A stretch of DNA of 64,000 bases. Origin: Camelus ferus. Lineage: Eukaryota. Within the stretch, counting starts at the first letter, position 1. Each line of letters begins with the position of its first letter. The stretch spans positions 64,358,001-64,422,000 of the forward strand of contig NC_045697.1 in NCBI RefSeq assembly GCF_009834535.1, read 5' to 3'. The position numbers and the translations under genes were made by a program. Below the pieces are notes generated by a model. The model did not search any database. It was not told the origin of the DNA and worked only from the letters and a program-made list of their open reading frames with translations. Below are positions 40,131 through 54,316 of this stretch, one piece after another.

Positions 40131-42824
40131 TCCGTACAATGGCACTATAGGGCATTTAATGAGAGACTATGGATGTTATCTTATGTGACTGAGGTAAGTA
40201 TACCTTTCTGGTTTCTCTAGGACTGCATCGATTTTTGCTTATTGTCTCAGAAAAATTATTAATTGCATTTTCTCTGTCTCTAAAATGTGATCTGATTTGG
40301 ATAATAACTTATATGGTCATTCTTTCAATGAGGATAAAATCCCAAAGATAAGAAGGTAAAAGAGATAGTCTCCCCCACCCCACACACACCTACTCCTTCT
40401 TGTAAAAGAATATTTTGAATGTGTCAACTGAAAACAAGATTTCAGCTTGCTCCTAGAGGAAAAATACTTCTTTTAATATGTTTTCAATCCTACAAGAATG
40501 ATTTTGGCAAGATTATGGATCATACGTCTTTAGCATTCTCTAAACCAGAATGATTGAAAAGGTTTAAGATATTTTAATAAAGTATAATTGCATACCTGTC
40601 TAAAAAATGTGTCCTTTAAAAATGTAATTTCTAACTGATCTGAGAAAAATAGATTTTGTGGCACCTATAAAATAGTCTTACCTTCACCCAAAAATATATC
40701 TTGGGTACTCTCTAAATGAAAATTTTTGATGGGTGATAACTATAATGAATATTAATTAAGAAAAAGATTGCCTAATGGAAAACTGATACTAGGACCCCAA
40801 GTTATAGTGATTCTGCTTAACTGAGTTGAATGTGGCTTTATTTTGCTTGTAAAAGCACATGTTGAAATATTCTTAAGATTGTCCTTGAGATTTCTTCACT
40901 CTTCTTGGAATTCCTCATCATAATGAACTGTTCTATTCACTGTACATACTAGACTTAAGAAACAAAGTACCCTCTCATTTTTTAAATTAGTCAAAATATA
41001 AAGAGAACTGGAACTCAAAAGAACTCATTTATCTTTTGCTATGCATCTATGGAGTGCTTCCACAGTGCTGCTGCCAATCCCTTGGTATAAAAGAACACAC
41101 GAACTCTGAAATTTGGCCTTTAATTCTCCTGTAGATAATTCAGGGAGGCCTGCTAAAATCCTTATAATGGGTAAGAAGAATTAACATAACTTTATAGAAG
41201 AATTCATTAAAGGATTCAAATCTACATATGCACACATGCCTGTTATAAGTAATTCACATGAGAATTCAAGCATTTGTGTGAAAGGCATGATTGAGAATAT
41301 GTTTCTTATTAAACATTTTACTGAGGTCATTGCATTTTCTTTATCATGATTTTCTTTCTGAAGGGTTATATATGAATGTCTATAGTCATCACACATTCTT
41401 GCTGATACCTGTAAACTCACAATGAAACACCACTGAAAAGGCTTTGGGCTATTCACTGACCACAACAGAAATTTTCTGAATGTCCTTGTGAGTCTTATAC
41501 AAGTCTCTGGTATTATGCTGGAAAAAAATCTTACTCCAATTCTTTTACTGTTGCTTGAAAATCCAAAATAGTTTCACTATCCTTGATAGCTAGTTAAGAA
41601 AATAGAGACAGTATTCTGCAAAGTAATACTACTACCAGTGACTTCAAATATAACACACTCAAAAACAGCTCTCCAATTACAATCACAGATACATTAACCA
41701 TTTTAATATTCTATAAATTTGGACCATAAAATTATGCTCAATAAAGGTGCCAAAATACTTCCTTTAGAGTGCATTTAGACAAATTCCTGATTACAAAAAA
41801 GGGAAGGAAGGAGAGAAGGTAGGAAGAAAAAAAGGAAAAAGAGACAGAAAACATGATTAATTGATGGTAACATGAGCTTTCATACTTTTGCTCTTAGCAC
41901 TATGAAAAAAGATAATTATTCCACTGGAAAAAAGTAAATTTATATCAACAGTTTGGTTGTCATGTTCTTCATAACTACTGTAACAGCAATTAACATTTTT
42001 TCCAGTGATATAATTTTCAAGAGATTTTGAGTCTCTGAGATAAATAATTAGCACTTAATATTAATAGAGGTATTTGTAATCGAGGTACTAATAATTACAA
42101 CACTCATTTAGTAATCACTTCATTCTGCACAAGCATCCAGATTTTCTGAGCACATACTTTGGAAAAGTACTTTAGAAAATAAATTTCTCATTTTTAGTAG
42201 CCTAAGTAACTCTCATTGAGGTGCAATTTTTTAAAGGGTGTAAACAGAATCAGTTAAGATTTGCAAATGAGTAATGTGTATGATTTGAGTTCTAGTGACA
42301 CATGAAAATAAAGCAATGCTGGACATTTGTTTGACAAATGTCTTACAAATGGATTTCAGATGACATATTTTGAAAGAAAACACATTATTAAGTGAAGAGT
42401 AAAAAAGCTGTTTACAAGCCTCTAAAAAGGAAAGCGAATCACCTTCAAAACCTTATTTTTGGATTTTCTGTGTATTAATCATTATTGAATTCTGGACACT
42501 AAGATATCATGAGCAAAACTGGTTATAAATTTAATTTTATTTTTATTGCCTTTGTTTGTCATATACAAAATATTTTCAAACTCCACTCCAGCTATTCCTG
42601 CCTAAGTCTACCATTTCCATGAACATATTCTACCTTAAAAATAAATAAATATAGATGCCAAATAATGGCATCCATTTTAAACTCAGCCTTAGTTAGCACT
42701 GAAATTGTGTTCTCTCCCCTGATTAGGAAGCTGTTTATTGATGTTATGATGCCGCAATACAGCTAATCTTTACTAAGCACCACTGTGGTCCAGGCACTGT
42801 GCTGGGTGTGTAGGTGTGTGGATT

Positions 42825-43050
42825 AAAGATCCTGGGATTTTTAGTCAGATAGAGTTGGATTCCAAATTCAACTCCTTCATTTACTGGTTGTGTGCTCGAG
42901 TAGGTCACTGAGTTTTTCTGAGATTATTTTCTCTAAATCTCAGTGTCCTCATCTCTAACATAGTTAAAATTCCATATATATTCGAATTTCTGAGGAATAA
43001 ATGAAATGTTGTGTTTAAAATGCTCGGCAGAGAGTAAACATTCAAATATT
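42825..43050 (+). mobile_element. MIR SINE, preceded by a short L2/MIR tail at 42760-42810
   Basis: TTAGTCAGATAGAG..GGATTCCAAAT...TTTACTGGTTGTGTG...CTCAGTGTCCTCATCT. Confidence 0.7.
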
Positions 43051-43399
43051 AGTTTCAGTCCATTCCCACATTCTGCTTCTGTCTATTTTATTCACTTATT
43101 TTCTTTTCATGATTACCTTGCAGAGGTTTATGGATTTTCTGCCTATTCATTATATTTTTGTAAACACTGAAGAAGAGCCAGAGGATGTTCATTCTGTTTC
43201 AAGGACCTTACTATCAAAGACGTTTCTACATTTTCTCCTGAATTGCGGCTACTGTGCTTCTGTGGTCTACGTTCAGTGTATTTCCTTTTTTTCCTCTCTC
43301 TTTTTAAATTTTTCCACTTCCCACATTCCATTTGCTGCTTTGTAGTATGAATTTTGCTCATATTCGCTATTCGTCTGTTCACTCTGAATATGACATTTT

Positions 43400-44580
43400 T
43401 TGTGCTCATCCTCTACTTACTCGTATGTTTTATTTGGGTCATCTGAAGCCAGTGGCTTCCTGGTCTATCTCCTATGTAATTGTTCATGTTCTACTGATTT
43501 CCCTGACCACATAGGGAACATGTTATGACTTTTTCGTAGCCCATTCGATGGGATTCAAGTGTTAGTTATTTTTTAAAACAGTTTTATTCATGGAACAATA
43601 TATTAAACATTTATAAGGGTTGTAAAATATTCTTCTCTAATGTTCTTAATGGTTACATATGTAAGATGTGTCATATATTATTAAGACCATATTGTCACAT
43701 ATGCTTAAGTAAACATGTCTGAAACTAAATATTTGTATATATTTAGGAATGTTGTTTATTAACTAAGAAAGTTCTCTTTTATTCAGGATGTCACTTCATT
43801 TAATATATTTTCCAAATATATTTTTTTCCAGTTTGTCCTGTTTCTCCTTGATTTATTTTGCTTTTTTTGTTTTGGATTTTGTTTTAATTGGTATACTGAA
43901 GTTGAAAATGTTTTTATTCAAGTCTATCAATATTTTCTGTTATTTTTAACCTTAGAATATTAGAAATGTTTTCCTCACTTATGATCATGTAAATTTTCAA
44001 CATAAATATAATTCAAGTAATATCATAATTCCATCTTTTAAAATTGTTTAAATGCTTGATCTACCCGCTTTTATTTTAGTGTATAGCATCACGTGGAATC
44101 TTAGGTATCTATGTAGCAGTAGTTTTCACACTGATTTCAAATTCAGATTTTAAGAAGTGAGTGTGTGTGTGCGTGCACAAACATGTGTGTTCATATAAAT
44201 ATACACATGCTTTTGGAATTTCTGTTCTGTTTATGCATTTCTTCTTGTGTCAATTTTATAATATTTAATTATTATAGCTTCATAATAATTGTGTGCATGT
44301 ACATATAAATGAACACACTTCACCTCATTAGTATTAATTTTCAAATTTGTTTTCACCATTTTCTTGTGTTTAATCTTTGAGATGAATGTTTAAATAAAAA
44401 AATTGAAAAAGTTTTCATTTAGCTACTAAATTTGAGAAAATTATTATTTTTACAATATAGGATTATATTACACCTTTCAATGTCTTCAAATTCTCAGATT
44501 TAAATTTTTTCTTCATATAGTGATTCTGTAAGTTAATTTTTTTATGATGTATTTTAAAACTCTATTTTCTAACTGTCTAG
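43400..44580 (-). mobile_element. Very old L1 ORF2/3' fragments (L1ME-like)
   Basis: CAAATATATTTTTTTCCAGTTTGTC, TCAAGTCTATCAATATTTTC, TTTAATTATTATAGCTT. Confidence 0.55.
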
Positions 44581-44821
44581 TTATTATGGAACACTAACCA
44601 TGGACTTGTGATCATATAGAAGTGTTTCACAGGTATCGGGACTCCGAATCTAGTCAAACTCTTAACAACTATGACAAACAACTATGACTTTCTTCACCCT
44701 TACAGCACTATAGCACTGTAGACCAGATTTCTCTAAACAAGGATAACTTAACCAGGAAAAACGTCTAAATTTTCACTACAGCTTCAACTTAAAAACACAA
44801 AAATTAAAATAAAAACAAACA

Positions 44822-44985
44822 TATTTCTAGCTGTATGAATTTGAGCCAGTTATTGCCTTTTCTATGCCTTAGACTCTTCATCTAGAGAAGTTTTTTAAAA
44901 AGTGCCTCTTAGTTTTCTGTTGTGAAAACTAAAAGGATCATCAAACAAAGCACATACACTGGCATGTCAATAATTATTGCTAATT
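44822..44985 (+). mobile_element. MIR fragment
   Basis: CTAGCTGTATGAATTTGAGCCAGTTATT...ATGCCTTAGACTCTTCATCT. Confidence 0.6.
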
Positions 44986-47900
44986 TTGTCATAGATAGTT
45001 TCATCAGTGCTTTTAGGAAAGCCATAGGTCATTTACATCACCTATTGAATTGTCCATTTAAATTAATTAAAACTTTTTATTTCAAAAGGTAGAAACTCGA
45101 CTCTCATGATCTCCACTCCAAAAGTCCTGGGGAACATGTTCAGTGACAGCTGTGATAAGATGCTCATCAATTATGTCCAGATGAGAAAGATCACAAATCA
45201 ACTTAGTAGCTGTTATCATAACCATATTCTATTAGAACTTTAAAAATTATATATGTATATATAATTATATATACAAATAAATTCATATTTATAATACATG
45301 AATAATATACTTATTATTTTCAGACTTTTTCACCTTTTTACTTATTTTCTCTGAGTTTACAATATGCCTTTTTTTCTAGTTTATTGAGTTGAATACTTAG
45401 TTAATTTATTTCAGCGATTTTTATATTAAAAGCATGTAAAGCTACAGTTACTTTTCTGAACACAGTTATTTTGGCAACTCATATTTTAAATATGAAGAGT
45501 TCTTAATACCATTATCACATGAATTGAAATTTCAGTTTTAATTTTCTTTTTGAAGGAAAAGATAGGAGTAAAACTCTTTTTAACTTTTCTCATTTAAAAA
45601 ATAATCACTTGTTATTTCAAATAGTATTGGATTCCTGTCAGATTTTGTTTGCAGCGTCATTGCTTTGGAAATATATTGAGGTACTGTAGCATGTCAATTT
45701 TTTCCAATGTTCCATCTACAAACACATATTTTAAATGTTTTAATGTGCATTTTTTTTTTTAATTTAAGTTTAAAATTTTGTTCTGAATTCGAATTCTTCT
45801 GTCATCTTTCTGAGAATCCTTTAAATTTGAAGCCTTGGACAATAGGACAATTCTGGTGAACTTCCTTACCTTTGTATCTTCTTCCTTTGAAGAAAGTTTC
45901 ACCTTTTTAAATCTGATCTTACTTGCTTTAAATGGCCTTTCACAAACCTATACAGAAAATGGCCATTACAAACTGTATTACCTTCAACTCATGACAACTA
46001 AATCTATAAGCTCTTCACACTTGTGTAAAAGATAAAAAGATAAGAATAATTAATAGCTGTAGGTTCTGTTCCTTAAAATCTTGTCAGACACTTTGTTAAT
46101 CACTATGTGTATTTCTCCTAACAACACTCAGAAATCCTTATTCTACAGACACTATTTCACAAGTGGAGTAACCACAACTTACAGAAATGAAGTAACTAAT
46201 AAGTGAAAGATATTTTATTGGAACGTAGGTCTGTCTGACAATAAATTCTATAATCCTATCCATAATACATATATAATTTAATATCAACAGGTAAAACAAT
46301 GGAATAAAACTAAGTATCATGAGTAATACTGTACAGTAGTTCTGTGATTTTAAGGAGGATGTTTATCAGCATCCCCAGTCCAGCAATATAAGTTGTGGCT
46401 CAGAAACAAAGGAAAAATACATAGTATCTGCTAATTAACTCTACATTTTACCTTTTTCAAAAATGGAACTAGAAAACTTTAACTTACCCAGAAAAAATGG
46501 CGTTGATATTCTGGACTGACCAATTTTAGTATTTATTTTTCACGTTACTTTTTTCATTACTATAAATACATATAAGTCTAAAATTATAAACCCTGGAATG
46601 AAGACTATAGCCTTCTGCTTGATTTTAACTGTTCCTCAAAAATACTTCTGTTTCCTTAAATAGAAATTTTCCTGTTGGTCATTTTTGAGAAAACACTATA
46701 AATTATTTAATATTATGTGATGTAACATTTTCATGATTTTGTGATTTAATATTTTGAGTAGTCGGAAAGTTATACATAGTAATCAACTAACAAACTGTCA
46801 AATTGCTTTAAAGATATATTGACATTGTAAAGCTGACTCTTCTGTAATACTTGTCTAACTCTGTGTATACTTCTACATTTTTTATGTCTCTACTTTGTCT
46901 CCCTCACTCTCATTCTTCTTTTTCTTTCATCTCTTCTTTTCCTTCTATTTTTCCTTAATTGGAATCCTAAGGAAGAGAGGTATGTAGTTACAGTTGGATG
47001 TCCTTACAGAGTAGAATGTCTTCCACCATTTATTTTTTTTAATAGGTAAATGGAAGTTGATATTTCTCTTTATAAATGGAGTAAAAAACGAAGTATCAAC
47101 AGGTAGCATTTTCTGCCAAACATTGGTTCTCTGTAACACTAAGTTTAGCACTCATCTCTATCAAGAAATAGATCACTAATATTTACTTTCGTATACTCCC
47201 CTTTTTTGTATTTTAAGTTCATTTGATGCAAATTCATTCAAATTCAACCAAATTTTAGCACAGTATTTCTTGGCTCTTCAGAATTCTTCCAACTGTTTCT
47301 CATGTGCTCTACAGATGAGAATCATATTTTTTAACATTGTATTCATCAAATTCTTTTCCCTTATGTACATAGATACTTTCCAGCTTGACATAGGTAACTG
47401 CTATAAAGAAGCAGAGCACACAAAATTGCTTTATATTGGGTTGAATTGGTGGTATGATTGCTTCCTTGTTTCAAGACCTTTATGATTCCAGGTATATTCC
47501 TCCCCTTCTTCTATGACATAGAAAAGTATCTCTACTTGTAAAAAATGTTTACAGTTAGCCTCAGGGGGTACTTTCATAATTTTTAATACTAAATGTATTG
47601 TCTGTGGACACTGTTACACAAGTAACAAAGTACAGGCTAAGCTTCCATTGCTATATGAAAATTATTCCTTTCTACTCTGCCCCATCTTTTTTCCCCAAAA
47701 TGCACTACAAATTTCCTTTATATCACATCATGATGGAGCAGTTTCTTTGATGCAGTTGACAGAATGAAAATAAAAATCTTTTACATCTAAAGATAGCTTT
47801 TGCCTAAATTCAGCCAAGTTAGTATTTCTCTATTAAATAATACTTTAGAGATTCTAAATTTAAAATATTATATAATGATTCTATTTTATTGCATAATTGT

Positions 47901-50114
47901 AACTACGCTGGTCTTTAAGGAATCATAGTAAAATATGAGAACTACAGAACTTTAAAAACCTTTTTTCATATACTTTTCAAAGTATGCCTTTGTTGTCATG
48001 CTACTTCAGCACCAAGAAATCCTGCCTTTTAAAAATGACTTTATACTCACAACCAAAGCTCAATCTAGGCATATTGGCTGAAATCTGGATAAATGCTATT
48101 TAAGTTTTAAAATTAATTGAATAACTTTATTAGCTGTATCACCAAAATTCTAAATTCAAGATATATAAGGTGATTTTTTAACTTAATTACTTATTTCTAT
48201 TTTTATCCAATTGAATTGTTTGTATTGGCTAATATGGCAAATTATTCCATACAGTACAATACAGAAATATATAACGTAAAGCTGAGGATCTCGTTTTTCC
48301 TTCTATGATACACATTTTTATTTGTGAGACATTTCGATGGGCTACTACACAAAAAAGGTGAATTTCAGGTTAAATACAATTCCTTGCTCACTACTTGTAA
48401 TTTTGTGATTTTCTTCTAACTGAATTACAGCAAACCAGAATGTATGGTTATGTATACCCAGTTGAGTTGTCCTAGAATATTTCATAAACCCTTTGTAGGT
48501 ATCCTAAACACTCAATTACTATTCTAAAGCTCTTTCAGAACAAAGTCCATTTCCCACAACCAACTGAACAGGTATACTGGACACTACTTGAAAATCCCTT
48601 ATACAATTGAACAAATTGGACCTATTTGTGGTTTTGTTTGCTGATATTCAAATCAACAGCCGTGGATGTCTTTCAGGGATTCACTGAGGTGGCAGTGTAC
48701 CATGGCAAAAATAAATTGCTCATTTGCTTGATGGATGGGCATAGAAAAACAAGCAGTGTATGGAAAATTTCCCCAAAGGTCGCTGCCTCTTATGGCTATG
48801 GAGTGTGAATGGAGTAATCACTTTGGCTTTAAGTGACTTGGCTACTGAATTGGAAGCAATAACTGCTAATGTTGGACGGAAGATTCAGAGACGCCACACA
48901 CTCTCTGCTTTTGTTCTTTTGACCAGAAGAGAACTCACTGCACTCAGAAGAAAAAACAAATTTACATTTCTATAATGGCACTATGGCATAAAGTTAGTCA
49001 CCTCAGAATTGCAAAGTTTTCTATTAAATGTCTAATAATAAATATCTCCATATATAATGATAGTTTGACATCCTCCTATTTAGTTTGGCTTCATGCTGAA
49101 CGCTTTCAAGTCATTTTTTAATGAACGTTCTGGCACAAATCTATGATGATTCTGAGTTACTGACCTTAATCAATGCTCTTCATGAGGGCACTTTAATGTA
49201 CTAGGCATAGAAGTGGTTTCACTTGGCTCAGGTGTGTTTGCCTGGAATATATAGACTCCATTTTGGAATCAAATGAACTGATGATAATATAGATCTGCTC
49301 CATCAGTTCCTAGTTACTCAGGAACTGTGGCAATGTGTGCCTTACACTGCAAGCACAGAGTTATCAGACCATCATTCCATCTGTCTCTTTTAAATTGGAA
49401 ACATTAGAAAAATAAACTGTCTCTTCTCCCCTAATTCCAGCCAACTTTTGATTTAGCCGTTTTAGATCTCTTGGGATGGAAAGTTTTTCAAGACTTTATT
49501 AAATGTATAAAGTAACTGATAAATTTACTATTTTAGATATTTTAATTTTCCCCAAAAAAAGTCTTAAAATTCTATCCCTATTACATAGACTTCCCTTTGT
49601 CTACAATCCATCTTTACCACCACCTCCTAAAAATGAATCATTGCTTAATATTAACCCTGAAGCAATTTGTGGACACTTCAAAAATACTGTATGTTGAATC
49701 ATGGTCCCTGAATATCCTATTATTGAAAGTATGCACATGTATACTGGTAATATACAAGTAAAATTTTAGTTAGCTAGATCTGACATGTAACAACTCTCTC
49801 TATACTCTCATATAGAAAGTAGAAAACACATTGACCGTTAAACTTTATTTACAGTTAAATCATTTGAGTAGTGGAAGTCAGTAATACCTTGCCTATATGT
49901 TTCAACAAGAGAGGATAGTACTATATGTTATATTTTACTAAATAAGAGTATTTAATAAAATAATATCCTATAAAGAGAGCAAAAGACCTAATCTCTTCTT
50001 TAAAAATGTACTTTGTGAAAAGCTTGATCTAAGCTCTTCTGAATATCTATAAATTTGAAGAAAAAATATATTTGGTATAAGAAAACTAATGTCATTTACT
50101 TTAGGGTGATGTAT

Positions 50115-50150
50115 ATGTGTGTGTGCATGTGCGTGTGTGTGTGTGTGTGT
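50115..50150. repeat. (GT)n microsatellite
   Basis: Seen directly. Confidence 0.95.
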
Positions 50151-50369
50151 CTTTATGTCACTGAAAAATTAACCAGTTGCATCTGGATATTTTATTGTTA
50201 AATCTAAAACCTCTTTTCAAAATACAAATAGACATATTTTTTACTACTACAGATCAAAATAATCCTGTAGAACTTCAAATGGGAAAATTGTAATCCATTG
50301 CATGAACCACTATAGTCTATATTAACAGTTAGATTATATGCAGAGTGGAGATTTCAATTTATATTAAGG

Positions 50370-51890
50370 TAAATTGATGCAATCTCTGTTAAAATTCCAA
50401 TGGCATTTTTTACAGAAATATTTGTGTGGAAACGCAAAAGACTCTAAATAGCCAAAACGATTTTGAGAAAGAAAAACAAAGCTGGAGGCATCACGCTCCC
50501 TGATTTTAAATTACATTACAAAGCTATAGTAATTAAAAGAGTATGCTATTGGCATAAAAACAGATGCAGAGATTAATGGAACAGATTAGAGAGCCCAGAA
50601 ATAAACCCATGCATATATGGTCAATTAATTTATGAAAGAGGAACCAAGAATATACCATGGGAAAAGGACAGTTTCTTTAATAAATGGAGTTGGGAAAATT
50701 GAAAAGCTACATGCAAAAGAGTAACACGGGAAAACTATCCTACACTATACACAAAATCAAATCAAAATGGATTAAAGACTTGAACATAAGACCTGAGACC
50801 ATAAAACTTCTAGAAGAAAACATATGCAGTAAGCTCCATGACATAGGTCTTGGTGATAATTTTTTTAATCTGACACCAAAAACAAAGGTAACAAAAGCAA
50901 AAATAAACAAATGAGGCTACATCAAACTGAAAATCTTCTGCACAATAAAGGAAACCATCAACAAAATAAAAAGGCAGCCTATGTAAACAGACCATACTTC
51001 AACTAAAATGTAAAAAATAAAAATAAAAACTTTTAAAGCAACCTACTGAATGGAAGAAAATATTTGCAAATTATATATCTGATCAGGGGTTAATATGTAA
51101 AATAAAGAACTCATAAAGCTCAATTGTAAAAAATATATAATAATCCAATTAAAAATGAGCAGAAGATCTGAACAGACATTTTCCAGAGAAGACACACTGA
51201 TGGCTAACAGGTTCATGCAAATCAAAACCACAGTGAGGTATCATCTGATATATGTAAGAATTGCTGTTACCAAAAGACAAGAGATAACAAGTGTTGGTGA
51301 GAAAGTAGAGATAAGGGAACCCTTGTGTACTGCTGGCAAGCATGTTAATTAGTGCAGCCACAGTGGAAAATAGTAAGGAGTCTCCTCAAAAAATTAAAAA
51401 TGGAAATACCATATGGTCCAGCAATTCCACTTCTAGGTATTTAACCAAAGAAAACAAAAATACTAGCCCCAAAAGATTTATGCACCCTCCATGTTCATTG
51501 AAGCATTATTTCCAATAACCATCATATGGAAAAAACCCAAGTGTCCATCAATCAAAATGAATAAAGAAATTATGTGTGTGTGTATATGTATGTGTATACA
51601 CACACACACACACACACACACAATGGAATATTATTCAGCCATAAAACAGAATGCAATCTTGCCATATATGGATCTCCAGGGCTTAAGCCAAGTATACTAA
51701 GTGAAATAAGTCAGACAAAGACAAATACCATGTGATATTTCTCATATGTGAAATCTAATTTTTTTTAATTAAAATTAAAAAAAAGAAAGCAAGCTCATGG
51801 ATACAGAGAATGGATTGGTGGTTGCCAGAGGCAGGGGGATGAGGAGATGGGAGAAGTGAGTGAAGGGGGTCAAAAAATAAATAAATGAAA
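50370..51890 (+). mobile_element. 5'-truncated L1 (L1MA9/laurasiatherian type): ORF2 C-terminus and part of the 3' UTR
   Basis: ORF track pieces SKWIKDLNIRPETIKLLEENI, MQIKTTVRYHL and WKKPKCPS. 3' UTR AAGCTCATGGATACAGAGAATGGATTGGTGGTTGCCAGAGG. Confidence 0.95.
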
Positions 51891-52757
51891 CGTCACCTTG
51901 CCAAAAAAAATCCACTAGTTTTCCAAGTAGAACAAAAAGGTGGGAAAAGGGCAAATTCTCTTTCTTTTTTTAACTGTCTCTTTCTTAATTAAAAAAATAA
52001 AATAAAATGTAGACTTGAATGGCGATGAAGATGCCTTTAATATCTTTGTGGTCTTCTGTTCCTAAAATATTTATTATTGATATGCATCACACATAATAAG
52101 CACTTAATAAATATTTCAGGAACAGACTGATTTGTGACAAAATTATGTTGTTTTTCCTTCAAAACAGACCATTTGATAGTAAAACTAAATGGGAAGGCTA
52201 AAACAATTAGCTGAATATGCTGTTAAAACAAACCATATTTGAAGAAGAAATTTTGAGTAGCATTGGTACACATGTTTCAAACTGGAAAGGGGACTGCTGC
52301 TCTCTGCTTTAATTAATTTTCTCAAAGCAGGAAATAAGTCCATATCCACTTGGCCTGTAAAGCCAGATCTATTATTTACTAGCTGTTATCTCAAATATAT
52401 ATCCTCTCCTTCTTTTGGTCATAGTGAATTATTGTGTAGCACGATGATAAGCATTGATTAAATTATTTAAAGAAGAGGCTTTCTCAAGGTAATGAAAATC
52501 TTCCCAATTGCACCTGCAAAATTCCTGTTACATCCAGATATCCACTTACGTTATTTTTCAAATGCATGTAGAATCACGGGGAATGAATCAGATGAGATGC
52601 TGCTGCATCTTTTAACTGTATCACAACTCAGGTCTATGAGTGATAGAAGGCCAATTCCAATCAGCACCTAAAGCAAACTTTTCCAGAATCCTTTCAGCAA
52701 CCTTACCCATAAAGGAGAGAAATTAAAGGGAAATAATGGACCAGATTTTCACCAATA

Positions 52758-52779
52758 AGAGAGAGAGAGAGAGAGAGAG
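52758..52779. repeat. (GA)n microsatellite
   Basis: Seen directly. Confidence 0.95.
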
Positions 52780-54291
52780 CCTTGTATCTGGGCCAAGCAT
52801 TTGCTTTCAGACTGTTACTAACTTGCCACTCCATAAGGTGGGAACAGTAATCTCTGCCAAGAAATGGTCACAGCGTTATGTTACAAACCTTTCAGTGGAA
52901 AGAGGCTAGAATCAATGAGGGTTTAGCACTAGGGCTAAGGATTGCTCTTATCCTTCATATCAACACGACTCAACTGTGCAGAACCCTTCTTTGTTTAGCT
53001 CTGTATGACATTAAACATAGATCTTGGAAAACATAAATCTTTAGGTATGATAGGAAGGGGCAGTCAAATAAACATTGAGCTTGGCTAAAGCATTTGACAG
53101 AATCAGAGACTTCATAGTCAGCAGGAGAGTTGCTCTGCCAAAAATCAAATGAGTCAAAGAACTTGCCAAGGAACCAGCTAGTGAGGAGGGAGTGTGCAGG
53201 CAGCCATTACAGAGCCCAAGTCTGCTCCTAGAAAAATCGGTTCAGAGCTTGGCTTCTGGGGGGTGAGGTTGCCAGCTGCCAAGTATGTGGCCACAGCTGT
53301 TAGTTCAGAGGGAGAAGGGAAAAGTGGTCAAGAACACAGCAATGTCATACTGATCTTCTAAATGCAAAGTGAGTTGTTTTCTTGCTGTCACAATATGCAA
53401 CTACTTCTGGGTGGAGGTGGTTGTTTTACTGAGTTGCTGTATGATGTACCATAGGAAAAGGATAAGCCACTGCATTGAACTGAAGTGAATTCTGCAATAC
53501 TCTTTGAAAATATCACTCTTAATGTTCTGGCAAATGCAAAATTCCGTAGCAGGCAAAAGTAGTTTTGAGGACCCTATTGCTATTCCTCCTTTATTACAAA
53601 GCCACCAGCTGATTTAATGCCATCCCATAACAATTTAGGGATCAAGTACTCCACTTGTACTCTTCCTCCTTTATTAAGCCCCCAAAGATAAACCTTTTCT
53701 CTTGTGTCATTGCTGCTCTCAAAACTGTTTTTTATAAACCTCATTCTCACACACCTATTTTCTCTTCTAGAATTGTTACAAAAGTAAAGCATAATAACAT
53801 TATTGTTAAAGGGCTTATATTAACAAAGGCATATGCTATTTCTAAGTTTGGAAATACCCTTAATTTTTGGAGGTAAATACAACAAGTATGGAATTATTAA
53901 AAGCAAAATTGCCACCTCTCTAATGTTCAAGACAATGGAGATCAGTATCAGGTTCCTTTTGAAAACCGTTAATAATGTGTGAGAGCTTAAAATATATAGC
54001 AGCTCGTATCAGATCCTCACTGCCAGACTTCCCTTCATTAGATTCCATGTAGTCTGATAATAATCTGAGTATCTTGGAGACTTTAGCACTTTGGATTTTT
54101 CTCATAAAGTATGGTTTAGGTAACTACTTAACTAAGGAGTTCAGGGAAATCTGAGCTAACACCAGGAAGATGAAGTCCAAAGGCAGGCAGCCTTGTCTAG
54201 TCTGATCAAGAACTGCCCACATGAGCCATTCACAATTACCATAATCAGAAACCTTCCCACAATGCCTTGAAAGCAACTCTTTCCTTTATGG

Positions 54292-54316
54292 TGTGTGTGT
54301 GTGTGCGTGTGTGTGT
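54292..54316. repeat. (GT)n microsatellite
   Basis: Seen directly. Confidence 0.95.

Noticed and set aside
50684..51700. ORFs with L1 ORF2-like peptides
   Set aside because: Fragments of a 5'-truncated, disrupted L1; not a host gene.
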